DNA of 64,000 nucleotides from Bacilli bacterium (GCA_045628045.1 JAZQOV010000006.1:1-64000), one strand, 5' to 3'. Shown: positions 20,393 through 30,975, counted from the first letter of the stretch. A program made the numbers and translations. Notes: generated by a model not told the origin, from the sequence alone.

Positions 20393-20468
20393 TGGTGGTC
20401 CAGGCCGGGGATGATCCGGCGACACGTGGATTTTCAGTCCACTGCTCTACCAGCTGAGCTACCGGACC
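20393..20468 (-). tRNA. tRNA-Phe(GAA), CCA encoded, atypical T-loop
   Basis: 76-nt cloverleaf GGTCCGG...CTGAAAA...CTGGACCACCA. Confidence 0.93.
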
Positions 20469-20546
20469 ACGTCGTGTCCGCTAGCCCTATTAGAGAAGTG
20501 GACTTATCAACGATTCCGTAGTTTTCTACAAACCGAGATTAACTAA

Positions 20547-20622
20547 TGGCGGATCCTACGAGAGTCGAACTCGTCTCGCCTCCGTGACAGGGAGGCATCA
20601 TAAACCGATAGACCAAGGATCC
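20547..20622 (-). tRNA. tRNA-Asp(GTC), CCA encoded
   Basis: Acceptor stem GGATCCT/AGGATCC, anticodon arm CCTCC-CTGTCAC-GGAGG, T-loop TTCGACT. Confidence 0.93.
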
Positions 20623-20708
20623 GTAATCAGCGAATAATATTATCTTAAAATTTGTAATAAAAATCAAGAAATATTTATTCGCCAAGTATTTTTAACTATT
20701 AATTTAAA

Positions 20709-21248
20709 TTAATAATTCTTTGCTCTTAATTCAAAGTATGCTTGAGGGTGTGCACAAACTGGGCAAAGCATTGGAGCTTCTTTACCAACGTGAATATGTC
20801 CGCAGTTACGGCATTTCCAAATAACAACATCCTTTGCAATGAAGACTTTTTTGCCTTCTACTTTTTCAAGTAATTCACGATATCTTTCTTCGTGTTCCTT
20901 TTCGATTTTTGCAACACCTTCAAATTTGCATGCGATTTCATCGAAACCTTCTTTACGTGCAACTTCTGCGAATTCTTTGTACATTTCTGTCCATTCAAAG
21001 TTTTCGCCGGCTGCTGCAGCTTTTAAGTTGTCGATTGTCGATTTAACTTCACCGCCTTCAAGGTATTTAAACCATAATTTGGCGTGTTCCTTTTCGTTTT
21101 CTGCTGTTTCTAAGAAGATGGCAGCGATTTGTTCATAACCTTCTTTTTTTGCTTTGCTTGCGAAGTAAGTATATTTATTTCTTGCTTGTGATTCACCAGC
21201 AAAAGCGGCTTGTAAATTCTTTTCTGTTTGAGATCCTTGTAACTTCAT
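20709..21248 (-). CDS. rbr: Rubrerythrin
   Basis: Motifs [12 protein letters not shown] and two ExxH; C-terminal CxxC...CPVC rubredoxin domain. Confidence 0.95.
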   Translation of the reverse strand: MKLQGSQTEKNLQAAFAGESQARNKYTYFASKAKKEGYEQIAAIFLETAENEKEHAKLWFKYLEGGEVKSTIDNLKAAAAGENFEWTEMYKEFAEVARKEGFDEIACKFEGVAKIEKEHEERYRELLEKVEGKKVFIAKDVVIWKCRNCGHIHVGKEAPMLCPVCAHPQAYFELRAKNY

Positions 21249-21325
21249 TTTAGTTCTCCCTTCAACATAATGTTACACGAAATAAAAAATATATCAATTG
21301 ATAATATTTAAAATAAAATTTTAAT

Positions 21326-21973
21326 CTATTTAGATTTTGGTTTTCCAAAAGTAACTTCAGCCAAAGCTAATTGGCCAGAATTATAAATATCAACTCTACG
21401 TGTATGGCCTGAGATAACGAATGCGTCCATACTTTGCCAAATAAACATCCATGACATAATAAGTGTTAACTCATTAATAACATCTGATCTTGTGGATTCT
21501 TTAAATACAAATAGAGAAAGGAAATGTAAGGCCAACATTAAAACACCAACAGTCATAAGAATTGCAGCAAAAATCATAGATTTTCTATGTTCCATACGTT
21601 TATCCTCATACTCTAAGGTGTAATGACGTTTAACGAATCTTCTGATTTTGTCTTTTAATTCTTCACTGTATTTTCCACCATCATCAAAATTAATAACTAC
21701 CGGAATGGCGGCGCGTAAGTAATAAACTTGTGTATCAATGTAATCAAAAATTTCAGGATCCATACGTTTATCGTATGAGAAAACTGAGAATGGAGTTTCA
21801 ATCTTAGTTAAATCAACATTGACGTAAGCCTTTCCATCATCTTCAACTAATGTATCTTCATAATGAAGTGAAGCTAAATACTTTTTAGCATAAAGTGGTT
21901 TAAGGCGATTAACGAATTCCTTATTTTGAATTGCTATTTCTTTCGCTTTTTCTCTTTTTTCTGATCTTTTCAT
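21326..21973 (-). CDS. Hypothetical protein with two C-terminal TMs
   Basis: 215-aa ORF. Confidence 0.7.
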   Translation of the reverse strand: MKRSEKREKAKEIAIQNKEFVNRLKPLYAKKYLASLHYEDTLVEDDGKAYVNVDLTKIETPFSVFSYDKRMDPEIFDYIDTQVYYLRAAIPVVINFDDGGKYSEELKDKIRRFVKRHYTLEYEDKRMEHRKSMIFAAILMTVGVLMLALHFLSLFVFKESTRSDVINELTLIMSWMFIWQSMDAFVISGHTRRVDIYNSGQLALAEVTFGKPKSK

Positions 21974-22043
21974 GTCTTTATTATATAAAAAAATTGCATT
22001 TTTGGCAAATCAACACCATCATCGCAATCTTTAAAATTAAAAC

Positions 22044-22541
22044 TTATTTCTCGATAAAGTCGATATTTTTATGGCTTGGAATCCAAGTAACAAGCAACAA
22101 CAAAATTCCCGCTAAAGTAGAAAGCACTGCCGCCATTATTAAACCAAATCCGTTTTTAATAAGTGGAGTGTCTCCGAGATTATTTTTTCTTAAAATTAAT
22201 TCCTTTGTGAGAAGAATAAAAATTGCGCTTATAAAATATAAAATAGCAAGAATAGAATTAACTACGTTAATTGATTTGCTCCAAGATGGCTTAAATGATT
22301 CAACGATAAGCACAATTGCCATAAGCATTGGTAACACAAACCCAATAATCGGGAGCACAGTTCCTTTATAAACAGGGATATCTTTTGATGATTTGCCAAG
22401 ATAAGCTTTAAGAGGATAATTGTACCAACGGCCTATAACTGAATCATAAATCTTTAAAGGTGATGAGAAAATGCATAAAAAAGCAACTATTCCAAAAAGA
22501 GCCGCAATATAAATCAAAATGTTTTTAACATACCTTTTCAT
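22044..22541 (-). CDS. Hypothetical 4-TM membrane protein
   Basis: 165-aa hydrophobic ORF. Confidence 0.7.
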   Translation of the reverse strand: MKRYVKNILIYIAALFGIVAFLCIFSSPLKIYDSVIGRWYNYPLKAYLGKSSKDIPVYKGTVLPIIGFVLPMLMAIVLIVESFKPSWSKSINVVNSILAILYFISAIFILLTKELILRKNNLGDTPLIKNGFGLIMAAVLSTLAGILLLLVTWIPSHKNIDFIEK

Positions 22542-22720
22542 CGAAGGTATTATAAACTAAAAACAAAATTTCTCATACAATTTATTTACAAAATTGTCTC
22601 GCAAGCAAGATTTCAAGGAAAATTAAGGAAAATTTAATCTGTAACTCTAAGAAAATACCAAAAAAAGATTGAATAATCTTCCAAATGTATTACAATACAT
22701 ACATATACGGAGGGCTAGTT

Positions 22721-23464
22721 ATGATGACATTAGATCAAAAATTAGTTGAGCTTCTTCAAGAAGCGTTAAGTTCCAATGGATGGCCATGGGGTAATTTTTT
22801 ACTATCAACAATAGCTATCTTATTATGCGTCCTTCTTTGCGGACTAGTTGGTTTTGAAAGAGAAAAACGCGGAAGAAGTGCCGGTCTTAGAACTCACTTA
22901 TTAGTCGGAGTTGGATCTTGCCTCATTATGATTTTATCCATTTATGGATTCCCAGGATCACAAGATGGACACAGAGACGTTGCTCGTTTAGCAGCAGGCG
23001 TACTTGCTGGTGTCGGTTTCTTAGGTGCTGGTGCAATTATTCACGACAACGGAAATATTAAAGGTCTTACCACTGCCGGAACTATTTGGTTGGTCATGGC
23101 TATTGGCCTTGCATGTGGTTCATTCAACTTTATTCTTGCTATTTTAGTTACATTAGTTGTTATTGTTGTTTTAACAACATTCCGTAAATTAGAACACAAA
23201 CTTAATAAACATAGTCCAATTCTTCTTGTTGTTACAAAATCAAATGTTCCTGTAATGTCAATCATTCTTGAATATGCAAAAGAAAACAAATTGCTTATTA
23301 CAGACGTTTCATCAAATTTAATTAATGAAGCTGAAGAAGATCTAGTTCAAACAATATTCAAAATAACATCTGAAAACAATGCCGAAATCAATGTTGCAAA
23401 GGTTGAGGAAGATGTTAAAAAGATTACAAAAGCAGTATCTGTTCAAAACTTAAATAGACATTAA
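22721..23464 (+). CDS. MgtC/SapB family protein
   Basis: Motifs GFERE...AGLRTH, GVGFLGAG and GLTTAGTIW; GGAGG RBS. Confidence 0.9.
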   Translation: MMTLDQKLVELLQEALSSNGWPWGNFLLSTIAILLCVLLCGLVGFEREKRGRSAGLRTHLLVGVGSCLIMILSIYGFPGSQDGHRDVARLAAGVLAGVGFLGAGAIIHDNGNIKGLTTAGTIWLVMAIGLACGSFNFILAILVTLVVIVVLTTFRKLEHKLNKHSPILLVVTKSNVPVMSIILEYAKENKLLITDVSSNLINEAEEDLVQTIFKITSENNAEINVAKVEEDVKKITKAVSVQNLNRH

Positions 23465-23502
23465 TTAATCTTTAGATTAAAGGAGCCATTTGGCTCCTTT
23501 TT

Positions 23503-24855
23503 TTATTTATCAGAATAAATATTTCTCATCCACTTCTTTGAGAAATAATAGATTAAGCACATTGCAAGTGAGAATATCGTGGATAATGGATAAGCAAATC
23601 CCACAACAAACATAGGCATATCAAGTTTGCAGAAAATAATAGCAAGTGGAAGTCTAAAGACAAATGTTGTAAGCAAATTCTGAGTCATTGAGAAAAGACT
23701 ATGGCCTGTTCCTAAGAATGTGTTATTAAGCGAGAACACGAATGTACACACAAATAAATCCAAAGATGTAGACATTATGTAGAGTGTTGCAATATCACGA
23801 GCATCTAATTTATCGCCAGCAAATAATCCAGCGAGTCCTTTTGCACAGAAAATATTTACTAAAGTCATTATTAATCCAATGATTACAGAAATCACAATTC
23901 CATATTTCATGTATTTCTTAATATTTTTAATATTACCAGCACCAGCATTTTGCGCTGCGGCAGTAGAAATTGAACATCCAATGGCGCTTAATACAGCAAA
24001 GCCAAAACTTGTGACACGATCAGTAATTCCAACAGCAGATGTAAAGTTATCGCCTCTAACGGAAATGAAAGCTAAAATAACTGCAAAACTAAGAATTACA
24101 AGTCCGTCTTGGATTGCAATAGGAACACCAGAGAAGGCAAACCTTTTGAAAGACATCTTATCGTAGATAAGACCTTTTGGGGTTTCGTATGAAAGTTTAA
24201 TGCGTTTTAGATAAAGAATAGAGAACAAAGCTCCCACCGCTTCACCAATTGTTGTTGCTAATGCTGCACCAACTGTTCCCATATTAAATTTGATAATAAA
24301 TAAAGCATCCAAAGCTACGTTTACAACAATTGTAATGGCAAGGAATAAAAATTCTGCAGTACTATTGCCATTAGCTTTTAATAAAGCACCGATAGAATGA
24401 TATGTCGTATAAAAAGGAATTCCAGCAACTAGAATAATTAAGTAAGTTCTTGCAATATCAGCTGTTTCTCCAGTTAATTTCATCCACGTAATTATTGGGT
24501 AAAATAATGCTGCTAATACAATTGTTGTTGCTATAGCAATAATCCCCATATATGAGAAAAATGCTTTAGTTGTTTTTCCAACATTTTCATCTCTTGCACC
24601 AATCAAATTACCAATTACGATAGTTCCGCCTTCTGCTAAGCCTAAAATAATGGCGTTTATCGCAAACATTATAGTTGTGCCACTACTAACTGCAGCCATG
24701 TTTGCAGCAGTAGAAAATTGACCAATAAAAAATAAATCAATAGCAGAGTAAAGAGAATTCATTAAATTCCCAAGCAAAAATGGAATTGTAAAAAGAATAA
24801 GATTTCTAAATAAATTACCTTTTGTTAAATCAATATCTCTTGCAAATCTAGCCAT
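23503..24855 (-). CDS. MATE family efflux transporter
   Basis: DLTKG N-terminus, about 12 TMs, D..FI and GAALAT motifs. Confidence 0.9.
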   Translation of the reverse strand: MARFARDIDLTKGNLFRNLILFTIPFLLGNLMNSLYSAIDLFFIGQFSTAANMAAVSSGTTIMFAINAIILGLAEGGTIVIGNLIGARDENVGKTTKAFFSYMGIIAIATTIVLAALFYPIITWMKLTGETADIARTYLIILVAGIPFYTTYHSIGALLKANGNSTAEFLFLAITIVVNVALDALFIIKFNMGTVGAALATTIGEAVGALFSILYLKRIKLSYETPKGLIYDKMSFKRFAFSGVPIAIQDGLVILSFAVILAFISVRGDNFTSAVGITDRVTSFGFAVLSAIGCSISTAAAQNAGAGNIKNIKKYMKYGIVISVIIGLIMTLVNIFCAKGLAGLFAGDKLDARDIATLYIMSTSLDLFVCTFVFSLNNTFLGTGHSLFSMTQNLLTTFVFRLPLAIIFCKLDMPMFVVGFAYPLSTIFSLAMCLIYYFSKKWMRNIYSDK

Positions 24856-24858
24856 AAT

Positions 24859-25518
24859 CTATAATGACAACACCTTAATAGTAGACACGTATTTTTCTTT
24901 TTCGTTAAAACCTACATTTACGCACCAAGCAATACGATAATTTTCAAATTTCTTTTCATAAAATTGATAATTATCCTTGCCTTCAATAACTATGTTATTG
25001 TCCTTTGCGGCAAGGCTAAAGGAATTAAGCGAAATGCATAAACCTGACCCAATGCATTTAACATAGGATTCTTTTAATGTCCAAAGTCTATAAAAAAGAT
25101 CGACTTTTTCATTCGTAACTTCAATATACTCCTTTTCTTGAGGGGTAAAACAACGTTCTGCAACTTTTGCTTTATAGTCTTTAATTTCTTCAATATCAAT
25201 GCCAACTTCTTTGTCTGAAATTACACAAATAGCGTATTTTCCTGAATGAGCTGTATTAAAAAAATACTTCGAATTTTTAAAATATGGTTTTCCGTTTTCG
25301 TTAAATTCGATTTCTAAGGAACTATAATCAATTTTAAAATCTTCACATGCTTTTTTAATTAATATTTCGACACCAAGTGAAAGACATTTAGTCTCAAACA
25401 TTGATAATTTCTCTATCTTTTCTTTTCGATAATCCTTGATACCGATAGTTAATTTGTCAAAAACATCCTTATTTATAAAGGATGTATCCAAAATATAAGT
25501 TAATATCGGTAAATTCAT
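24859..25518 (-). CDS. Sfp-type 4'-phosphopantetheinyl transferase
   Basis: Motifs GKPY, FNTAHS, VGIDIE and WTLKESYVKCIG. Confidence 0.9.
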   Translation of the reverse strand: MNLPILTYILDTSFINKDVFDKLTIGIKDYRKEKIEKLSMFETKCLSLGVEILIKKACEDFKIDYSSLEIEFNENGKPYFKNSKYFFNTAHSGKYAICVISDKEVGIDIEEIKDYKAKVAERCFTPQEKEYIEVTNEKVDLFYRLWTLKESYVKCIGSGLCISLNSFSLAAKDNNIVIEGKDNYQFYEKKFENYRIAWCVNVGFNEKEKYVSTIKVLSL

Positions 25519-25627
25519 AACTTTTATATTATATAACTTTCTAACTTTTGTTTAAACGAAAGTTAATTCTTGATATTTTAAAATAAAAAAACAGATCCCG
25601 TTAAGAACCTGTATTTTTGTTATTTTT

Positions 25628-28126
25628 TTATAGATATGAGTAACTTAGAAGGAAGTTACGCCAATTGGTAAAGTTTGTGTTACTTGTTGTATAGGAACTG
25701 CCCATATAATAAGATCCGTAATTTGCTTGAACATAAACACAAGCTAAACCATAAGCTTTTCCAGCACCTTTTTGAGCAACTGAATAAGCCACTAAATTAC
25801 TAAAAGCATTAAGAACTGCGTTTGTATAAGTACTTCCAGGATTATATGTTGAATGGGAAGCAATTTTTGTAATCATGTCTTTGACATCAAACAAGCAATA
25901 ATATTCTTGGCTATCATCAGAATCTACAGCAAATTGTTTAACAGATGTGCTCATCCAAGCTGCAAAAGTTGAATATGAAACTGACTTGCTTTTAAGTTGC
26001 GTTGACATTGCTGTAGCAAAGCTTTCAAAGGCAGTTTTATATTCGCTCATATAGCTAAGATCTAAATAAGATAATGTTTGATCACTAAAACTTGAAGAAG
26101 CGCCACCATTATCACTAATAAATCCGTCAACAATTGCCTTTAAGATTGTTGTGGTTTCTTTTTTGGCATACAAATCATCAATCCAGGTATTGTAATCCCA
26201 ACCTTCGCCAACTTCTGATTCTTCAGAAGCAATCATGTAATTAAAGTAGTTTGAATTATATTCAGCAATATCTTGAACTTGCATTAAACAACAATCATAG
26301 CCGATAAATTCAAGTTTTGATGTTGAAGTGGCATTAAATGCATTGGTTAAAGCGGTTTTTGTTTCAGAATTGGTAAGAGAATCATCATTCTTTCTTTGGT
26401 CGTAGCAACAACCAAACATGCCTCCACCATGATTCCATAAAATGACGCCTGTTTTATCAGCAGGATATTCAGTTAAGCCCCATTGTAAGAAGCTTTGGAA
26501 TGTTGACGAAGAACCCATGCTTGCGTAAGTTAAAGTATTATCAAGAACAAGTTTCTTGTTCTCAACATGCCATCTAGAAAGTTTAGAAGCATCAATACTT
26601 GTGGCTCCAGAAAGATATGAAGAAGATAATGACCAAGAATATGATCCACCTGTCTCAACAATGATATTTACATCATCTGGTTGATTGTTGACAGATAAAA
26701 TTTCTTTTAAATCTGAGGTTGCTAAAGAATTTTCATCTTCAAGATCGCTTCCACACATATAAATCATGACGGTCCAAGCGTTTTTGCCTTTTGCTGTGAC
26801 AGTTACAGTGCATTTTGCAGTAAATCCACCATCTTCAGTTTTAACCGTAATGTCAGTAGTTCCTTCTGTTAAACCTTTGACAACACCTGATGATACTGAA
26901 GCAACAGCAGGTTTGCTTGATGACCAAGTAACATTTTTGTTTGTTGCGTTAGATGGTGAAATAGTAGGAGTTAAAGTAACTGAGCTTCCTACTTTTACTT
27001 CTTGAGTACTTGGAAGAGTAACACCAGTAACTGCAGTTGGTTTTGATTTAACTTCAATTGTAATTGTGGTTTTTACAGTTTTGTAAGTAATTGTAAGAGT
27101 CTTATATCCAACAAGAGTTGTGTAAATTGTACTAAAAGTACAAGAAGAAGTTACAATAGATGTTGTTTTGTCACTATAAGTAGCTGTAACAACGCCATCA
27201 AAAGTATAAGTATCACCTTTAAAACACCAGTCTGTATAGCCGCTTGCACTAATGGAAACTAATGTGGCAGCTGGTTGTTCATTTACAGTGATAGTAATTG
27301 TAGTAGAAACACCATTATAACTAATAGTTAAAGTTTTATTTCCGGCTAAATACGTGCTTATTGAGCCAATTGAGGCAGATGAAGTAACATCAGCAGTCGA
27401 TCCGTCGCTATAATTTGCAATAACTTTACCATTAAAAGTATAAGCATCGCCCACATAACAAGTTGATGTGTAATTAGTTGCGGTAATTGAAACAAGATTT
27501 ACAGGTTTTTTAACATTAACTGTACATGTGTCTAACTTTGATCCAACTTTCGCTGTAATAACACCAGTTCCATAACCAACAGCTTTAACTAAACCATCAT
27601 CAATTGTTACAACGGAAGAGTTGCTTGTGTACCAAGTGACATAATCTTTAGAAATTGAACTTGGTAAAATTGATACTGATAATGTTGCAGTATCATTTAA
27701 ATTTAAATCTAAAGAATGCTTACTTAATACAACAGATGTAGCTTCTATATTTCTTACAGAAATATTGTATGAAATTGCTTCTGCTTTTTCGTGTGAAATA
27801 TTAACTTTGTAAGTGCCAGAAGTTTCAAATGCTTTTGTACCAGAAAAAGATTTTCCTTCTGGAGTAATCAAAGAATAAGTAAATTCGCTTTTATCAATAT
27901 GGTTTTCTGTAGAATTTTTATCGACAAAATAAACAGATAAACCACCATTGTCGATGAATGAATCAAATACATCACCGACAACATAATTATCTTTTTTGCT
28001 ATCTTGATATTTTAAAGTGCCGTTTGTATTGGTTTCCTCAATAATGGAGCTTATAAAAGAACATCCGGTTAAACTTAAGGATGTTGAGAGTATAAATAAT
28101 GATGATAAAAGCTTACATTTTTTCAT
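25628..28126 (-). CDS. Clostripain-like (C11) cysteine peptidase lipoprotein with bacterial Ig-like repeats
   Basis: Lipobox LTGC; Big_2/Big_3-like repeats; motifs WTVMIYMCGSDLE, WNHGGG and YDCCLM. Confidence 0.85.
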   Translation of the reverse strand: MKKCKLLSSLFILSTSLSLTGCSFISSIIEETNTNGTLKYQDSKKDNYVVGDVFDSFIDNGGLSVYFVDKNSTENHIDKSEFTYSLITPEGKSFSGTKAFETSGTYKVNISHEKAEAISYNISVRNIEATSVVLSKHSLDLNLNDTATLSVSILPSSISKDYVTWYTSNSSVVTIDDGLVKAVGYGTGVITAKVGSKLDTCTVNVKKPVNLVSITATNYTSTCYVGDAYTFNGKVIANYSDGSTADVTSSASIGSISTYLAGNKTLTISYNGVSTTITITVNEQPAATLVSISASGYTDWCFKGDTYTFDGVVTATYSDKTTSIVTSSCTFSTIYTTLVGYKTLTITYKTVKTTITIEVKSKPTAVTGVTLPSTQEVKVGSSVTLTPTISPSNATNKNVTWSSSKPAVASVSSGVVKGLTEGTTDITVKTEDGGFTAKCTVTVTAKGKNAWTVMIYMCGSDLEDENSLATSDLKEILSVNNQPDDVNIIVETGGSYSWSLSSSYLSGATSIDASKLSRWHVENKKLVLDNTLTYASMGSSSTFQSFLQWGLTEYPADKTGVILWNHGGGMFGCCYDQRKNDDSLTNSETKTALTNAFNATSTSKLEFIGYDCCLMQVQDIAEYNSNYFNYMIASEESEVGEGWDYNTWIDDLYAKKETTTILKAIVDGFISDNGGASSSFSDQTLSYLDLSYMSEYKTAFESFATAMSTQLKSKSVSYSTFAAWMSTSVKQFAVDSDDSQEYYCLFDVKDMITKIASHSTYNPGSTYTNAVLNAFSNLVAYSVAQKGAGKAYGLACVYVQANYGSYYMGSSYTTSNTNFTNWRNFLLSYSYL

Positions 28127-28165
28127 GTTTTTTATTTTATTCTATTTTATATAATTAATCAAATA

Positions 28166-28954
28166 TTATTTGATTTTAATATAAGCTTCTCTAAATGATT
28201 GAACAATTGCGGCTCTTATGGAATAGCCAAGAGTTGTGAAAGAACCATAATTCTCGACACGACCTAAATCTGTAGCCATGTAAGAAATACCAAGCATTTC
28301 AATATTGTATAGATTTGCAGCGTCAACAAGACGTATTGAATAAGGCATGCTTGCATTATAGTTGTACTTATTTAGTCCATCTCTCGACATTCCACCAATA
28401 AATATATTTTGGTTTACATTGTTTGCTTTATAATTGATTTCCAATAAAACTTCTTTGTAATGATAAGGCACAAATATCGTTTTTGTGCTATTAGTTGCCT
28501 CAATTGGAAGCATTTTAATTCCTAAGTCTACATCTAATTCAGAAGCGTTTTCTTCCAAAACATAAACATCCATAGGAACAGGCATCCAATTAGCGTAAAT
28601 TGTTGAATAATTATCCAAAACAGTTGTTTCTGTTTCACTTAAAAGATGTTCTCCTTTTTGATCAGTGCTAAAACCTTTAAAAATATAACCTTCTCTTTTT
28701 GGAACCATTAATGAATATCTTGAATAAACATTAACCTCGAGCTTTGTTTCATCAGAATAATCTTTGACTTGTGTTAAACGAGGATTACTTCCGTCATTTA
28801 AATCAATGTAAACATATCTTGGCTTTGTGTTTAACATGATGTTATGTTCATCAATATTCAGAAGTGTTTGTTGATTAACAATATCTTCTTTTTTGCAACC
28901 TACTAATAATGTAGAGATTGCAAGAACGGCTGAGAAAATTACTGTTTTTTTCAT
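28166..28954 (-). CDS. Lipoprotein with an InlB B-repeat-like module
   Basis: Lipobox LVGC; PKREGYIFKGF...TIYANW. Confidence 0.65.
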   Translation of the reverse strand: MKKTVIFSAVLAISTLLVGCKKEDIVNQQTLLNIDEHNIMLNTKPRYVYIDLNDGSNPRLTQVKDYSDETKLEVNVYSRYSLMVPKREGYIFKGFSTDQKGEHLLSETETTVLDNYSTIYANWMPVPMDVYVLEENASELDVDLGIKMLPIEATNSTKTIFVPYHYKEVLLEINYKANNVNQNIFIGGMSRDGLNKYNYNASMPYSIRLVDAANLYNIEMLGISYMATDLGRVENYGSFTTLGYSIRAAIVQSFREAYIKIK

Positions 28955-29038
28955 ATATTTTCCTCTTTCAACATAAAAAATAACTGCGTTTATATTTTAA
29001 ACAAAATTTGTTTTAAATAAAAGATAAAATTATCTTTT

Positions 29039-29671
29039 TCACTTATTATTTTCTTTAATTAAAAAATCTTTTACTTCATCTAAATTTAAATTGGTTAAAA
29101 CTGGAATAAGTTTATTAATTTCATCGACTGGTTTATCCCACCATTTGAAGTTTTCTAATAAATCAATAAGTTCATCATCAAATCTTTTTCTTATAACTTT
29201 AGCAGGGTTTCCGCCAACAATTGTGTATGGTTCAACATCTTTAGTTACTACTGAGCACGCTCCAATAATTGCGCCATCGCCAATATGAACCCCTGGAAGA
29301 ATTGTAACTTTTTCACCGATCCAAACATCATTTCCAACAACAGTATCGCCTTTATAAGGGCAATCCTTATCTGCTGGACGCTTTGCGTCCCATCCTGGAA
29401 TAGTGAAAAATGGATAAGTAGAAACAGCATTTAATTGGTGATTGCATTCATTCATCATAAATTCAACTCCAAATGCGATTTGAACAAACTTTCCAATAAT
29501 AAGTTTATCTTTACTCCACGGATAAAAATGAGTCACGTGAGATTCAAAATCTTGATCTGCAAAATATGAGAAATCTCCAACAATAATATTTGGGTTTTTA
29601 ATTGTTGGTTTTATGTATGTTTGTTTGTCATATCCTGGTATAGGAAATACTAGGTTTGGATTTGGTTTCAT
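29039..29671 (-). CDS. Vat/CatB-family hexapeptide O-acetyltransferase (streptogramin A acetyltransferase-like)
   Basis: Motifs [29 protein letters not shown]...STYPF, GNDVWIG and WWD. Confidence 0.85.
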   Translation of the reverse strand: MKPNPNLVFPIPGYDKQTYIKPTIKNPNIIVGDFSYFADQDFESHVTHFYPWSKDKLIIGKFVQIAFGVEFMMNECNHQLNAVSTYPFFTIPGWDAKRPADKDCPYKGDTVVGNDVWIGEKVTILPGVHIGDGAIIGACSVVTKDVEPYTIVGGNPAKVIRKRFDDELIDLLENFKWWDKPVDEINKLIPVLTNLNLDEVKDFLIKENNK

Positions 29672-29791
29672 GTTTATATGATAACATTTTTATTACAAAT
29701 AAACACCCATTCAGATATCTTAATGTCAATCAGGCCAGCCTAATTAAGGAAACTGCTTATTTGCTTATGTTCAACATATTAAATTTTAAAC

Positions 29792-29875
29792 GGTTACATT
29801 ATGTAACCACTTCAATAAACCATTAAACGGTGACAATTTGTCACCAATTGAATCAGTTGGTTACTTTTTGTAACC
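29792..29875. repeat. Three GGTKAC-N5-GTMACC palindromes
   Basis: GGTTACATTATGTAACC (29792), GGTGACAATTTGTCACC (29829) and GGTTACTTTTTGTAACC (29859). Confidence 0.85.
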
Positions 29876-29899
29876 ATCTCAATATATAAAAAAACAGGC

Positions 29900-29951
29900 T
29901 TGTATCAAACCTGTTGTTTACATCTGGGTTTGTGAACCAATTTTGATACAA
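29900..29951. repeat. Putative serine-recombinase att site A
   Basis: TATCAA(29903)-N16-TG(29925)-N16-TTGATA(29943); perfect 10-bp terminal inverted repeat. Confidence 0.75.
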
Positions 29952-30062
29952 AAACTCAAATTGACTCAATTCACGCAATTAAATTTTAGCACATTTTTTA
30001 TACTTTGTGATTTTGCACCTTCCTTTTTAAAATAAAGTTTATTTGATAGTCACAAAAAATTG

Positions 30063-30674
30063 TTAGACAAGCTTTGCTTCAAAATCAACTCGACAATCTA
30101 AAACAAATGACAAAACAGCAAATATTAAAGCAATTGCAGTTATTATCAAAAATGAGATGAAAAGATATCTTTTAATTTTGAATCTAAATAACGACAAAAC
30201 CCCTAACACTATTGATAAAGAAACAAGAGGGATTGCAGCGTATATTAATCCATAACAATGCAGATTAACTATACTTCTAAATCCATATTCAACATGTGAA
30301 GTAGGGTAGCAGATTGTTTCGCCAGTTGGTTCATAATAAGAACAATTATTGCTATGCCAATTAACAACATTTCTCAAAGGCACATAATACATCGGAACGA
30401 AAAATAATATTAAAGTAGTTGCTAAAATTGAGATCAACACAATAGTGAAAACGTAATTGATTCTCTCCTTTTTTATATCTTTGTCATCTCTTAAATCTTT
30501 GATGTCTACTCCGAAGTAGAGTGCTAAAGCTTTAAGAGTATCTTCACTCGGTTTTCCGCCACCATTTTCGTATTTAGCAATTGCGCTTCTAGAAACGTGA
30601 ACAGCGTCCGCTAAGGCCTCTTGAGAAAGGCCCTCTTCAATTCTAAGTTTTTTAAGTTTATCTTTGAACTCCAT
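30063..30674 (-). CDS. XRE-family HTH regulator with TM helices (cassette cargo)
   Basis: LSQEALADAVHVSRSAIAKYENG followed by 3 TMs; start refined to MEFKDK. Confidence 0.85.
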   Translation of the reverse strand: MEFKDKLKKLRIEEGLSQEALADAVHVSRSAIAKYENGGGKPSEDTLKALALYFGVDIKDLRDDKDIKKERINYVFTIVLISILATTLILFFVPMYYVPLRNVVNWHSNNCSYYEPTGETICYPTSHVEYGFRSIVNLHCYGLIYAAIPLVSLSIVLGVLSLFRFKIKRYLFISFLIITAIALIFAVLSFVLDCRVDFEAKLV

Positions 30675-30975
30675 AATTCGACCAACTATATTGTAACTGA
30701 TTTTCATAAAAATAATTGTTACTTATTGTTACTTCGGTTAAAGTCATACAATATTGTCTTATAAAAATTCTATTCATCTTTTATATAATCCATTATTAAT
30801 AAACTGAAACAAGTTGATATGACTTGATACGCGATTAATTTGATTATTTTAGAATATATTTAAAACCTCATAATTTTTTGCCTTTATAAATAGCTCAAGC
30901 ATTCCGAAATGTTAAAAATATAATAAAAAACACCCATTTTTAGGGCATTTTCTATGAATTCCACCTTTGATTCAT

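Noticed and set aside
20279-20521. 80-aa plus-strand ORF
   Set aside because: It is antisense to tRNA-Phe and its terminator and has no RBS.
20469-20546. GC-rich spacer between tRNA-Asp and tRNA-Phe as a third tRNA
   Set aside because: It has no cloverleaf, T-loop or CCA, only weak hairpins.
21931-22371. 146-aa plus-strand ORF
   Set aside because: It is antisense to the better-supported membrane protein gene at 22044-22541.
30796-30830. Two TTGATA motifs as an additional att site
   Set aside because: Neither has a central TG in register (one is off by one) or a partner TATCAA; kept only as a relic arm.
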